Positions 29,809-39,443 of a DNA stretch of 64,000 bases are shown here, in pieces (within the stretch, counting starts at the first letter, position 1; each line of letters opens with the position of its first letter). The DNA is from an uncultured Gemmatimonadales bacterium (GTDB lineage: Bacteria; Gemmatimonadota; Gemmatimonadetes; Gemmatimonadales; GWC2-71-9), in NCBI GenBank assembly GCA_963742755.1, contig CAVUMU010000011.1, positions 76,568-140,567 on the forward strand. The letters are read 5' to 3'. The notes beneath the pieces were generated by a model. It was not told the DNA's origin. It did not search any database and saw only the letters and a list, made by a program, of their open reading frames with translations. The position numbers and the translations under genes were made by a program.

Positions 29809-29966
29809 ATGAAAACCATTGACCGGCTCCTCGAGGCCCGGGGCGGCTCGCGATAGCTCTTGCCCTTACAGCGGCCACCTCGAGCACGGCGGGGACGATG
29901 GACACCAATAGCGAGCAAGTCTTCAAAGCGCTGGAAGGCTGGATCAGGACCCACGCGCCACGCTAG
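29809..29966 (+). pseudogene. Internally deleted, frameshifted remnant of an esterase-713-like paralogue
   Basis: RBS AAGGA then MKTIDR...; the other frame reads RLAIALALTAATSSTAG (signal-like) joined to MDTNSEQVFKALEGWIRTHAPR*, resembling the family C-terminal helix. Confidence 0.5.
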
Positions 29967-29982
29967 CGAGGAGGAAAGATCC

Positions 29983-31035
29983 ATGAACACCAGACGGGCA
30001 TCCCTGGCGGTATCGATTGCCGTGTTGGCAGCCGCCTACGGTACGCAATCGCTTCGAACCCAGGTCGAGGCCTCAGCGAGCGGCGGTCCACCCTTCCTCA
30101 AGGTCGAGGCCCAAGGAAGCTTCTTCGTGGGAGGGCAAACATTCTTCACCGAGCACGGTAACGATACCAACGAACCGTCCAACAGGAATCCAGGCACCGC
30201 CACCATCAACCAGTCATATGTCGAGTACCAGATTCCCCATGACCGGCGGTCTCGGTACCCGATCATCCTCTACCCCGGCGGCGGACACGGGGGGAAGGTG
30301 TATGAGACCACGCCTGATGGACGGGAGGGGTGGTCGACCTACTTCCTGCGCCAGGGCTTCCCGGTCTATCTGGCAGACGGTGTCAATCGGGGTGGTTCGA
30401 GCTACGACATCACCAACATCGTTTTGGCCAAACAGGGCCGACTGCCGGCGAGCAACATCCCAGGTATGAATCGGTATACCTACGAGGCCGCATGGACCCA
30501 ATTCCGCATCGGCCCGACCCCGGGCGTTCCCCATCCTAACACCCAGTTCCCCACTGAGGCCTTTGCCCAGTACGCCAACCAGCTGATCCCCGCATGGCGT
30601 GACGCCATCGAGGACGACAAGAACGTCGCCGCTCTGGTGGCCCTACTGGACAAGATCGGCCCGTCGATCGTGTTGACCTGGTCCCAGTCGGGCCGGTTCG
30701 GAGTGCGGGCGGCGCTGCAGCGCCCCAACCTGGTCAAGGCGATGGTGACGCTGGAACCGGCGTCGGTGTCGGCGGCCGGGGTCATGGCCACTGTTTCGGA
30801 CGCGGAGCTCGCGTCGCTGGACTTTCCCATCCTGATCGAGGCGGGTGACTTCGACCCGCCCCGTATCACCAGCCTGCGCAACTTTGCTGCCAAGATCGGA
30901 CCCAACGCCACCGTCCTCGCCCTGACCGAGCACGGCATCTTCGGTAACGGGCACGTGGTGATGGCGGAAAAGAACAATCTCCAGGTTGCCGATTTGATCA
31001 TCGACTATCTCCGAAGGCAAGTACGACTGAGATAA
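29983..31035 (+). CDS. Secreted alpha/beta hydrolase, esterase-713-like (paralogue 6)
   Basis: RBS GAGGAGG; YETTPDGREGW, TWSQSG, LEPA, GNGHVVM. Confidence 0.9.
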   Translation: MNTRRASLAVSIAVLAAAYGTQSLRTQVEASASGGPPFLKVEAQGSFFVGGQTFFTEHGNDTNEPSNRNPGTATINQSYVEYQIPHDRRSRYPIILYPGGGHGGKVYETTPDGREGWSTYFLRQGFPVYLADGVNRGGSSYDITNIVLAKQGRLPASNIPGMNRYTYEAAWTQFRIGPTPGVPHPNTQFPTEAFAQYANQLIPAWRDAIEDDKNVAALVALLDKIGPSIVLTWSQSGRFGVRAALQRPNLVKAMVTLEPASVSAAGVMATVSDAELASLDFPILIEAGDFDPPRITSLRNFAAKIGPNATVLALTEHGIFGNGHVVMAEKNNLQVADLIIDYLRRQVRLR

Positions 31036-31128
31036 GTCGGGCCGTGGTGAGACCCCAGACCTCACCGCGATCCGGCTGAGGACACGCTCCAGTTCTGCCC
31101 TGGAAGTACACCCTGAGAGGAGGACGTC

Positions 31129-32967
31129 ATGCGTAAAGGCAAGACCGGCGACCAGGCCGAGACGTACAAGGTCGAGGTGGAACCCTCCGATCCGGGTGGG
31201 ACATCCCGGCGCGGATTCATCGCGGCCAGCGCCGCGGGGCTGGCTGCCGCCACTATAGGTAGCGGGGCGGTCTCGAGCGCGGCGGCCTCGGAAGCAAGGC
31301 CGATCTTTACCGAAAGCTCCAAGAAGCGGACCCTGCTCAAGGGTGGCGTGGTCCTCACCCTGGACAAGAATGTCGGGGATTTCGAGAAGGCGGACGTGCT
31401 GATCGAGGGCAAGAAAATCGTCGCCGTAGGTCCCAATCTCAGAGCTGGCGGTGCCCAGGAAATCGACTGTCGGGGCACGATCGTGTGTCCCGGGTTCATC
31501 AGTACCCACCACCACCAGTACTACACCATCCAGCGGGGCATCAACGCCGACGGCTTCATCGTCTTCGGCTCCAACCCGCCGAGCCCCTTTCAACAACCGG
31601 GCGCCTGGCCCTTCGAGGCCTACAGCTCGATCCAGAACATCTGGACCGCCGGCCGGATCGGACCCGCATCGGCACCCACCTGGGACATGATGCGTCCCCC
31701 CTACGACCCCGAGGACCTCTACCTCTCGGAGCTGGTGGCGTCCCTGAGTCAGATCACTCAGGGCCTCACCATGGGAACCGACACCTCCCAGGCGTCACAC
31801 ACGCCGGCCCACACCGATGCCATGATCCAGGGCATCATGGATTCAGGGCGGCGGACGCTGTACGACTACAGCAACGGCACCAACCGGTCGGCCCAGTTCC
31901 CCGACCAGCCGAACGAGTATCCCGGCGCCATCGGGAACACCACGTCGGGCATTGGCCGGCTGGCCAAGCAGTACTTCAGCTCCAAGGACCAGCTGGTAAC
32001 GTTGGGCTTCCCCGGCGGGCCGACCCAGCTGGCGGGCACCACCTACACCGGGTGGCAGCTGGGCCGCGAGTTTGGGGCGTTCCTCAATGCGCACAGCGTC
32101 GGTTCGCCGCAATCAATCGTTGACGCGGCGGCCGATCCGCGGAACGGCAACGACTGGTCGGACGTCACCCGGGTGCACGCCGTCCGGTGGCAGGATAACT
32201 CCATCTCCCAGGTCAGCTACGACGCGTACACCAACGCCTCACGGGCGTGGCAGATCCTGGCGGATCGGGGCGGCCACGTTTCCATCGCCGTGATCATCGA
32301 GATGCAGATGCGGCATGGCATGCCGCCGTTCCAGATGGCGCTCAACCACGGGATCCTCCCGAGCCTGAGTCCGGACGTGGACACCAACATGACCCCGGAT
32401 CCGTTCTCGATGATGCGGGGCGCCTTCTGCATCCAGCGGGCGCTGGCCAACGACCTGGCCTTCGCCGAAAGCAATCCGGACAACCTGCCGGTCCCGCAAG
32501 TGATCACCTGCCGCCAGGTGCTGGAGATGATGACCGTCGCTGGAGCCGCCGGAAGTGGTGTGCTGGATAAGGTCGGCACGCTCACTCCGGGCAAAGAGGC
32601 GGACATCGTGGTGTTGGAGACCAGCAACCTCAACATCGCGCCGGTCAACAACGCGCCGGGGGCCATAGTGACCATGATGGACACCCGGCATGTGCGAGAT
32701 GTTCTGATCGCCGGCAAGGTGGTGTTCAGGAGCGGCAAGCTGATAGGCTGGAACGCCGACAAGCTAGTCCGGGATCTCGAGAAATCGCGGGAGCGGGTTC
32801 TCGCCCGGATTCGGGGGCCCAACGGCGACGGCAGCGGACCTGGGCGAATCGGGTCGATTCCCAAGGGCATGAACAGCGAGGGGAATCCGTACCGGCCGAA
32901 CTTCCTGGGCTCCTGCTGCTACAACGGCCAGAACCCGCTGGCACCGCATTACGTGCTGCGGCCGTAA
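31129..32967 (+). CDS. Tat-exported amidohydrolase-superfamily protein (copy A)
   Basis: SRRGFIAAS twin-arginine signal; PGFISTHHH metal motif; GTLTPGKEADIV. Confidence 0.85.
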   Translation: MRKGKTGDQAETYKVEVEPSDPGGTSRRGFIAASAAGLAAATIGSGAVSSAAASEARPIFTESSKKRTLLKGGVVLTLDKNVGDFEKADVLIEGKKIVAVGPNLRAGGAQEIDCRGTIVCPGFISTHHHQYYTIQRGINADGFIVFGSNPPSPFQQPGAWPFEAYSSIQNIWTAGRIGPASAPTWDMMRPPYDPEDLYLSELVASLSQITQGLTMGTDTSQASHTPAHTDAMIQGIMDSGRRTLYDYSNGTNRSAQFPDQPNEYPGAIGNTTSGIGRLAKQYFSSKDQLVTLGFPGGPTQLAGTTYTGWQLGREFGAFLNAHSVGSPQSIVDAAADPRNGNDWSDVTRVHAVRWQDNSISQVSYDAYTNASRAWQILADRGGHVSIAVIIEMQMRHGMPPFQMALNHGILPSLSPDVDTNMTPDPFSMMRGAFCIQRALANDLAFAESNPDNLPVPQVITCRQVLEMMTVAGAAGSGVLDKVGTLTPGKEADIVVLETSNLNIAPVNNAPGAIVTMMDTRHVRDVLIAGKVVFRSGKLIGWNADKLVRDLEKSRERVLARIRGPNGDGSGPGRIGSIPKGMNSEGNPYRPNFLGSCCYNGQNPLAPHYVLRP

Positions 32968-32985
32968 GAGTGGGGAGACACCACG

Positions 32986-33022
32986 CAAAAGCACGGAGGC
33001 CGCGATGGCCTCCGTGCTTTTG
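32986..33022. terminator. Bidirectional rho-independent terminator
   Basis: CAAAAGCACGGAGGCC-GCGAT-GGCCTCCGTGCTTTTG between convergent genes. Confidence 0.85.
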
Positions 33023-33045
33023 TGTGTCAGCTCAGCAAGGAGCTC

Positions 33046-34437
33046 TTAGTCGCGGTCGTGACCCTTGCCGGTCTTGCACTCAGTGGCCTTGGGCGCGTTG
33101 CGAATGTTCTCGTTGGCCCAGTCCAGCATGAGGTCGAAGACTTCCAGATTGTTGGTGCCCAGCATGTTCATGTGGGTGGTTCCCAGGAATCGCCCGCCCA
33201 TGAAGCCCGCGTCATCCACATCGATGACTTCGAACTTCGCGGTCCCCAGCCCGGCGGCGCGCCGGGCGCTGACGGCCGCTTCGACGGCCCAATTCCCCTG
33301 CCGGATGGTGGAGGACCGGTAGTCGCCGTTCACGACCAGAACCGGAACGTTATCGAAGTCAGCCGGCGTGAGCCCGGAGGCGACAAGATCGGTTGCCCCC
33401 TCTGGAATGAGGAGGCCCTTCAGGAGGTGCAGCTTGCCCCGTTCCCTTAGGATCCGGACGAGGTGCATGGCCTGCGCCGACGCCTGCGAGTGAGGCGAGA
33501 CGATGGCTCCTCCGAGACCTTCCAGCAGGTCTGCCAGGGCCCGCGGGCTCCAGGTGTTCGACGGTGCGACGGTGGACGGAACGCAAGCCGCGCAGAAGGA
33601 GGTCGGAAGCGTGGCTTCGGTATTCGGCACCAGCTGCTTGAAGCTCTGCAAGGCCAGGTACTGGTGATTGGCCGCAAGCGGTGTCGGGCCAATGGCGCCC
33701 TCGCGCGCCGCGATCTTCGGATCGATGGAGAACGGCCATGGAGGGATCGGGTACTGGGGCAGATAGCTGCCATGGGCCGGCGAGGGAGGGGTGGTCTCCG
33801 CCGGATCCGGGTCGCCCGGATCGCTATGACGTATCAGTGTCCCGGTAACGATGTTCGACCCGGCTGGGATCAGATGTCCGAACCAGCTGGTCCACACCGA
33901 GTTACTGGTCCCACCGCCCAAGGTTGGGATCAGGGTCACGTTCCCGGTGACTCTGGCCTCATGAAAGATGGAGCGGTCGAAACCGGACCGGCCCCGTCCT
34001 GGCTGGTCAACGACGAAGGTGGGGATGTGGTTGCGCACCGAATAGGCCAGCCAGCCTTCCCGCCCATCCGGCGTGGCATCCAGGGCCGCACCGCTGTAGC
34101 CCGACCCGTGCACCATGACCAGCGGCCAACCTTTGCGCTTCTGCGGTATCTGGAACTGCACGTACATCTGCCCGATGAGGATCTCTTCGGGCTGCCCCAT
34201 CGTGACTGCCGATGAGGCGTAGGTGGTGACTTTCGATACGCCACCCACGAAGAATGCTCCCTGGTCGCAGACACTCAGGGCCTGGCCCGACAGATACCGA
34301 TTTTTCAGTGGGTTGACCCAGCCGGACGGGCCGGTAACGGATCCCTGTGCCGGCGCACTGCTCGCCACCACTGCGACAAGTGCGGTGCCGGCCAGCGCGG
34401 GTCCGAGGTACCGAGTCCACCGTGCATTACGTCTCAT
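33046..34437 (-). CDS. Secreted alpha/beta hydrolase, esterase-713-like (paralogue 7)
   Basis: Signal peptide; GQMYVQF, TPDGREGW, PHSQAS, PEGA, GTTHMNM. Confidence 0.85.
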   Translation of the reverse strand: MRRNARWTRYLGPALAGTALVAVVASSAPAQGSVTGPSGWVNPLKNRYLSGQALSVCDQGAFFVGGVSKVTTYASSAVTMGQPEEILIGQMYVQFQIPQKRKGWPLVMVHGSGYSGAALDATPDGREGWLAYSVRNHIPTFVVDQPGRGRSGFDRSIFHEARVTGNVTLIPTLGGGTSNSVWTSWFGHLIPAGSNIVTGTLIRHSDPGDPDPAETTPPSPAHGSYLPQYPIPPWPFSIDPKIAAREGAIGPTPLAANHQYLALQSFKQLVPNTEATLPTSFCAACVPSTVAPSNTWSPRALADLLEGLGGAIVSPHSQASAQAMHLVRILRERGKLHLLKGLLIPEGATDLVASGLTPADFDNVPVLVVNGDYRSSTIRQGNWAVEAAVSARRAAGLGTAKFEVIDVDDAGFMGGRFLGTTHMNMLGTNNLEVFDLMLDWANENIRNAPKATECKTGKGHDRD

Positions 34438-34501
34438 AGAAATTCTCCTAAATGGTCTTGCGAGTGCAGAGCTGTGACTGCAAATGGAAAAAGGCGAACC
34501 G

Positions 34502-35815
34502 TCAGCGGCTTCCAGGCCGGCCGCAGCTGTTCTTCTTGGGCTGGTGACGGATGTTCCGGTCGGCCCAGTCGAGGATCACGTCGAACACCTCGAGGTGGCC
34601 GGTGCCCATCATCATCATGTGGGTGACGCCCTTGAACCGTTCTCCGTACTTCGGATCGGCCAGCGACATGAACTCGGCTCGCCCGCCCGCGGCGTTGATG
34701 GCGTCCACGTTGCCACGGTAGAGCGCGTCGCTGAGGCCGGGGTAGTAGGGGCTGACCGTCAGGTAGGGGATGTTGCGGTAGTCCGCCGGAACCGTTCCGT
34801 TGCTGGCGAATGAGCTGCCTACCCCATCAATGGTGATCAGGCCCTTCAGCTTATCGAGCTTTCCCATCTCCTTCAGGTAGCGAACCATGTGATGCCCCAC
34901 GCTGCCCGACTGCGAGTGGGTGGCGACCACCGCGCCCCCGAGGCCGGCTACCAGCTTGGCCAGGTCCTGGCCCGACCAGGTGTCCGCCGGATTGACCGTG
35001 CTCGGCGTGCAGGTGGCACATGTGGAGGTCGGCAGCGTCACGTTCGTGTTGGGCACGCCCCACTTGTAGTGCTCCAACGCCAGGGCCCGGTTGTTGGCCG
35101 GGAGGGGTGCCGGCCCGATGGCACCGATGCGCGCTTCGATGTCGGGGTCGACCGCGTCGAAGTTATGCGCGGGATGGAAGGTGCAGTGGGCCGGGTTAGC
35201 CGCGCACTGTGGGTCGCCCGGATCGCCATGCTTGATCAGGGTGCCGGTGGTGATGTCCGTGCCCCCGATGAGGTGACCGAACCAGGCCGTCCAGATCCCG
35301 CTGCTGCTGGTGTTGGCGAGGCTCGGAAAGCCCGCCAGGTTGCCGGTGCCGATGCGCTCGTTGATGAAGGAGCGGTCGAAGCCGGAGCGCCCCCGTCCCG
35401 CCTGATCGACCACGTAGGTGGGGAGGTCGTTGCGAACCGCGTAGGCGAACCAGCCCTCTTTCCCATCGGGCGTGGATTCCAGGCCCGATCCCGAGTAGCC
35501 GCCGCCGTGCACCATGATGAGCGGCCAGCCGCGCTGTTTCTTGGGCACCATGAACTGCACGTACATCTGGCCAATGATGAGCTCTTGCCAGGTTGTCCCC
35601 TCGACCACGCCATTGGCGAACTTGGTGAGCTTGGGCACGCCGCCGACGAAGAAGGCCCCGAAATCGCAGATCGCCAGGTCATCGAGCAGGTGCCGCTGCT
35701 GCGTCGGGTAGGCCGTCTGCGCGGTTGCCGTTCCGGCCGTTGCAAGCGACGCCGCAACCGCTGCCAGCGACAGGCTACAGTACACTGCTCCCTTCACCAG
35801 GCGACTGTGTCGCAT
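34502..35815 (-). CDS. Secreted alpha/beta hydrolase, esterase-713-like (paralogue 8)
   Basis: RBS GGAGAG, ATG 35815; TPDGKEGW, THSQSG, IDGV, GVTHMMM. Confidence 0.85.
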   Translation of the reverse strand: MRHSRLVKGAVYCSLSLAAVAASLATAGTATAQTAYPTQQRHLLDDLAICDFGAFFVGGVPKLTKFANGVVEGTTWQELIIGQMYVQFMVPKKQRGWPLIMVHGGGYSGSGLESTPDGKEGWFAYAVRNDLPTYVVDQAGRGRSGFDRSFINERIGTGNLAGFPSLANTSSSGIWTAWFGHLIGGTDITTGTLIKHGDPGDPQCAANPAHCTFHPAHNFDAVDPDIEARIGAIGPAPLPANNRALALEHYKWGVPNTNVTLPTSTCATCTPSTVNPADTWSGQDLAKLVAGLGGAVVATHSQSGSVGHHMVRYLKEMGKLDKLKGLITIDGVGSSFASNGTVPADYRNIPYLTVSPYYPGLSDALYRGNVDAINAAGGRAEFMSLADPKYGERFKGVTHMMMMGTGHLEVFDVILDWADRNIRHQPKKNSCGRPGSR

Positions 35816-35900
35816 AACCACTCTCCAATTCAGTAGGGCTTGAGGCTGCGGCAAGCTGAGACAGAATCCCAACTAAGGGTCGGGCAGAGAGCGGCGCAGC

Positions 35901-35937
35901 GCAACCGCAAAACGTCTCGCATCGCCCCGAATGTTTC
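35901..35937 (-). promoter_or_regulatory. Regulon motif copy 5 (leftward)
   Basis: Minus strand GAAACATTCGGGGcgatgcGAGACGTTTTGCGGTTGC; TTGCGC-17nt-GACCCT. Confidence 0.7.
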
Positions 35938-35950
35938 ATCTGGACGCGGT

Positions 35951-35988
35951 GGGACATTTTGGGACCAGGTGGGACGTTTTGCGGTTGC
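35951..35988 (+). promoter_or_regulatory. Regulon motif copy 6 (rightward)
   Basis: GGGACATTTTGGGaccaggtGGGACGTTTTGCGGTTGC; TTGCGC-17nt-GAACAT. Confidence 0.75.
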
Positions 35989-36123
35989 GCGCGGGCGTGG
36001 CGAGCCCGAACATAGACGGGAACCGCATCCCGCGAATCCGTCTCCTACATCCGCCAGCGACCAAGCGATCCAGATCGCCGCAGGCTCCAATCCCGAGCGA
36101 CCTACCCTCTGAGAGGAGGCTTC

Positions 36124-37914
36124 ATGCGTAAACCCACCCCCCGCGATAAGCCCCACCCGTACAAGGAAGACCCGGAGTCGGCCCCGACCAGTGGCTCGCG
36201 TCGCGAGTTCCTCGCGGCCAGCGCCGCGGGGCTCGCTGTCGTAGCAGTAGGACCAGGGGCAGCGAACCCCGCCGCTGCGCTGAGCAGCGGTACCAAGGAG
36301 ATCGTTCGGAACCTCGAGCCCAAGCGGAAGCTGCTCAAGGGTGGCATCGTGCTCACCCTCGAGTCGAGCGGCGATTTTGAGAAGGCCGACGTGCTTGTCG
36401 AGGGGAAAAAGATCGTCGCGATCGGGCCGAATCTTGGAGGAGGGGGCGAAAAAATCGATTGCTCCGGGACCATCGTCATGCCGGGGTTCATCACCACCCA
36501 CCATCACCAGTACGAGACCCCAGCCCGAAGCGTCATTCCCGATGGACTGCTTGCCGGTGCCTGGCCCCAGGAGAGCTACGGGTCGGTGGTGCAGAACATC
36601 TGGACCGCGGGTCGGATCACGGGTGTATGGGACCTTGGGCGACCCCCAATGGACCCGGAAGACGTCTATCTCGCGGAGCTGGTAGCCTCACTGAGCCAGC
36701 TCACCGAGGGCATCACCTGCGGAGTGGACACGTCGCAGAGCTCCCACACGCCCCAGCACACCGACGCCATGATCCAGGGGTTGATGGACTCCGGGGCCAG
36801 GGCGGTCTACGACTACTCCGGTGGCACCAACCGTTCGGCCGAAGACCCGAATCAGCCATACGAGTACCCCGGCGCCATCGGGAACAACACCTCCGGGATC
36901 GGCCGGCTGGCGGTGCAGTATTTCAGCTCAACCGATCAATTGGTCACGTTGGCCCACGCGGGAGGGACGGGAGCTGCGTTTCCGGGCGCTCCGTACACCG
37001 GGTGGCAGCTTGCCCGTCACTTCGGGGCCTCGATCAACAACCATAACGTCGGCAACCCCGCAGGTGTCATCGCTGCCGCCGCCGACCCCCGGAACAACGA
37101 GAGAGACTGGTCCGACGTCACCCTGGTCCACTGCGTCCGGTGGAATGACGCCCCTCTGGCTCAGCACAGTTACCCCCCGCATGGCTACCCCAATCCGAGT
37201 ACGTCCACGGCGTGGCAGATATTCGCCGACAAGGGGGGACACGCCTCGATCGCCAACATCATCGAGATGCAGATGCGGCACGGGATGCCTCCGTTCCAGC
37301 AGGCGCTCAATCACGGCATCCTGCCCAGCCTCAGTCCGGACGTCGACACCAACATGACCACCGACCCGTTCTCGCTGATGCGGGGCGCCTTCTGTCTGCA
37401 GCGGGCGTTGGCCAACGATCTCGCGTTCCCCATCAGTAACCCAGGTGGTCTGCCGGTTCCGCAGCTGATCACCGCGCGGCAGTGCATCGAAATGGCCACC
37501 ATCGCCGGTGCGGCATCGGCCCAGCTGAGCAGCAAGGTGGGCACGCTCAAGGTCGGGAAGGAAGCCGATATCGTGGTGCTGGACGCGCGAAACATCAACA
37601 TCACCCCGATGAACAACGTGCCCGGTACGATCGTCACCATGATGAATCCCAGACATGTCCGGGACGTGTTCGTCGCGGGCAAGCAAGTGTATCGCGACGG
37701 CAAACTGACGGGCTGGAACATGGAGAAGCTGATGCGCGACCTGGAGAAGTCGCACCAGCGGATTCTGGCTCGGATCAGGGCGACCCCGAAGTCCGGGGCC
37801 CTTCCGCCGGGCAACAACAGCTCGGGCGGCAGCGCGTACCGGCCGAACTTCCTGGGCTCCTGCTGCTACAATGGGCAGAACGCGACGGCTCCGCATTACA
37901 CCTTGAGACCGTAG
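36124..37914 (+). CDS. Tat-exported amidohydrolase-superfamily protein (copy B)
   Basis: SRREFLAAS Tat signal; PGFITTHHH; close paralogue of 31129-32967 including the C-terminal YRPNFLGSCCYNGQN. Confidence 0.85.
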   Translation: MRKPTPRDKPHPYKEDPESAPTSGSRREFLAASAAGLAVVAVGPGAANPAAALSSGTKEIVRNLEPKRKLLKGGIVLTLESSGDFEKADVLVEGKKIVAIGPNLGGGGEKIDCSGTIVMPGFITTHHHQYETPARSVIPDGLLAGAWPQESYGSVVQNIWTAGRITGVWDLGRPPMDPEDVYLAELVASLSQLTEGITCGVDTSQSSHTPQHTDAMIQGLMDSGARAVYDYSGGTNRSAEDPNQPYEYPGAIGNNTSGIGRLAVQYFSSTDQLVTLAHAGGTGAAFPGAPYTGWQLARHFGASINNHNVGNPAGVIAAAADPRNNERDWSDVTLVHCVRWNDAPLAQHSYPPHGYPNPSTSTAWQIFADKGGHASIANIIEMQMRHGMPPFQQALNHGILPSLSPDVDTNMTTDPFSLMRGAFCLQRALANDLAFPISNPGGLPVPQLITARQCIEMATIAGAASAQLSSKVGTLKVGKEADIVVLDARNINITPMNNVPGTIVTMMNPRHVRDVFVAGKQVYRDGKLTGWNMEKLMRDLEKSHQRILARIRATPKSGALPPGNNSSGGSAYRPNFLGSCCYNGQNATAPHYTLRP

Positions 37915-37946
37915 GGCGAGTTGTACCAGGAGTGTACAAGGAGGGT

Positions 37947-37981
37947 GCCGGGGTGCTGTTCGTTCAGAACAGCACCCCGGC
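37947..37981. terminator. 15-bp perfect hairpin after the amidohydrolase
   Basis: GCCGGGGTGCTGTTC-GTTCA-GAACAGCACCCCGGC; no U-tract. Confidence 0.5.
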
Positions 37982-38072
37982 GGCCCTTCCCCCTCCAGCC
38001 GGGTCTTGCGGGCTGGGCCTTCCGGGCGGCATGCTTGGCGGGGAAACCACGATAAACCGCCTGGAGGGATGC

Positions 38073-38642
38073 ATGAGGTTGGAGTACGAGGCGGGCACGC
38101 TGAGGGTCGAGAATGCCGAAGGCCTGCGCTGGCAGCTCACCGACGTTCAGAAGCCGCAATTCCTCTTCGACTACGACGCCTTGAGTGTAACCGAGGAGCA
38201 CGCGCTGCGGCGGGTGGGCCCCCAACTCCAGCCACTGGCGTTGGATGAGATCCAGCAGGTGAGGTCGTTCGTCGAGGATCTGCAGCCACCCTCGTGGGCC
38301 ACCTTCCAGGGCCAGATCACCGGCGACCTCCGGACCCTGGCCCGTGGTCTCATCACCACCGTGGTGACGCAATTGGAGTACGACGGGCTCCTGGATGTGA
38401 TGATCACCGGGCGGGAAGGGTCAACCGACCTCTATGCCGATGAGGCCCGGCAGGTCCTGACCTACGTGGACTCGGTATGGAACGCGTTTTACGGACTCGC
38501 AGCCCAGATCCAGAACACATCCAGGGCCGAGCTGAAGAGCTTGAAGGAATACGCCGAGATGATGCCATTCCCACCGCCGGCCGAGCACTTTGGCGGCGGA
38601 ATACTACAGGAGCTTCTCAGTGGCGCACCAGTCAGCCGTTGA
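38073..38642 (+). CDS. Hypothetical protein (C-terminal half reminiscent of phage tail-fibre-adjacent proteins)
   Basis: RBS GGAGG, ATG 38073; typical codon usage; YDGLL...A.EA...DSVW...Y...AE.P pattern. Confidence 0.6.
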   Translation: MRLEYEAGTLRVENAEGLRWQLTDVQKPQFLFDYDALSVTEEHALRRVGPQLQPLALDEIQQVRSFVEDLQPPSWATFQGQITGDLRTLARGLITTVVTQLEYDGLLDVMITGREGSTDLYADEARQVLTYVDSVWNAFYGLAAQIQNTSRAELKSLKEYAEMMPFPPPAEHFGGGILQELLSGAPVSR

Positions 38643-39246
38643 AGCCGCCGCACCCGAGGCGGCCGACCTCTCCGCTATCCTCGACCGGGCCTTCGTTTTC
38701 GACGACTTCTTCCCGGGCACCCAGATCCACCTGCTGGAGCAATGGGCGCTGAAAACGCCCCACTGGATGCTGACCAATGCGGCCCATGACGAGCATGGGC
38801 GGGCTCAGCACCGGATCTGGGGTGCCTCCTACATCGAGGCTGTGCGGAAGAGTGGCTGGCCTGGCCTCCCGCCGCTGCTCTTCTCGGCAGTGGCCACCAT
38901 GTTCCAGCGGCTCGGCGTTCTCATCACCACGCCGGAGTACGTCGGGCTCAACGGCCAGTCGAAGGGCCAGAATGGCTCCACCCACATCGACTGTGTGCCC
39001 GATGCACCGGACCAACTGTCGCTGCTGGTCTACCTCGGCGAGGATACCGACGGGGATCTGATCCTGTACGACAAGCGCGACCGCCACCGGCAAACTGAGC
39101 GCATCAGCTTCCGGCCCAACCGCGTGGTAGCGATGGATGGCTCCATCCCCCATGCGGCACTGGCACCCAGTGATGACAAGTTCCGGATGTCGATCATCGT
39201 CCGGGGAACCTATCAGTCACGGCGGTCCGGTTCAGCTCGTCCCTGA
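38620..39246 (+). CDS. 2OG-Fe(II) oxygenase (prolyl-hydroxylase-like)
   Basis: HID...PH...RMS facial triad and 2OG motif; FRPNRVV; RBS AGGAG before GTG 38620. Confidence 0.75.
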   Translation: MAHQSAVEAAAPEAADLSAILDRAFVFDDFFPGTQIHLLEQWALKTPHWMLTNAAHDEHGRAQHRIWGASYIEAVRKSGWPGLPPLLFSAVATMFQRLGVLITTPEYVGLNGQSKGQNGSTHIDCVPDAPDQLSLLVYLGEDTDGDLILYDKRDRHRQTERISFRPNRVVAMDGSIPHAALAPSDDKFRMSIIVRGTYQSRRSGSARP

Positions 39247-39279
39247 TCCTGACAGCACTGTTCTTCCTCCGGAGCACCG

Positions 39280-39438
39280 ATGGCCGACCGAGGGATCGTT
39301 GCCGAGTATCTCGCCTTTCTCAGGCACAACAAGAGATGGTGGATGGTGCCTGTTGTCATCCTGCTGCTGCTGCTCGGCGCTCTCCTGATGGTGACGCAGG
39401 GCAGCCCGCTGGCACCGCTCATCTACACCATCTTTTAA
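39280..39438 (+). CDS. DUF5989/SxtK-like small membrane peptide (52 aa, not in ORF track)
   Basis: Manual translation MADRGIVAEYLAFLRHNKRWWMVPVVILLLLLGALLMVTQGSPLAPLIYTIF; RBS GGAG; 5 bp before SGNH-TPR C. Confidence 0.85.
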   Translation: MADRGIVAEYLAFLRHNKRWWMVPVVILLLLLGALLMVTQGSPLAPLIYTIF

Positions 39439-39443
39439 CCTCC

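Noticed and set aside
16575-35988. Motif as a sigma54 -24/-12 promoter (TTGC)
   Set aside because: No GG dinucleotide at the required spacing before either TTGC
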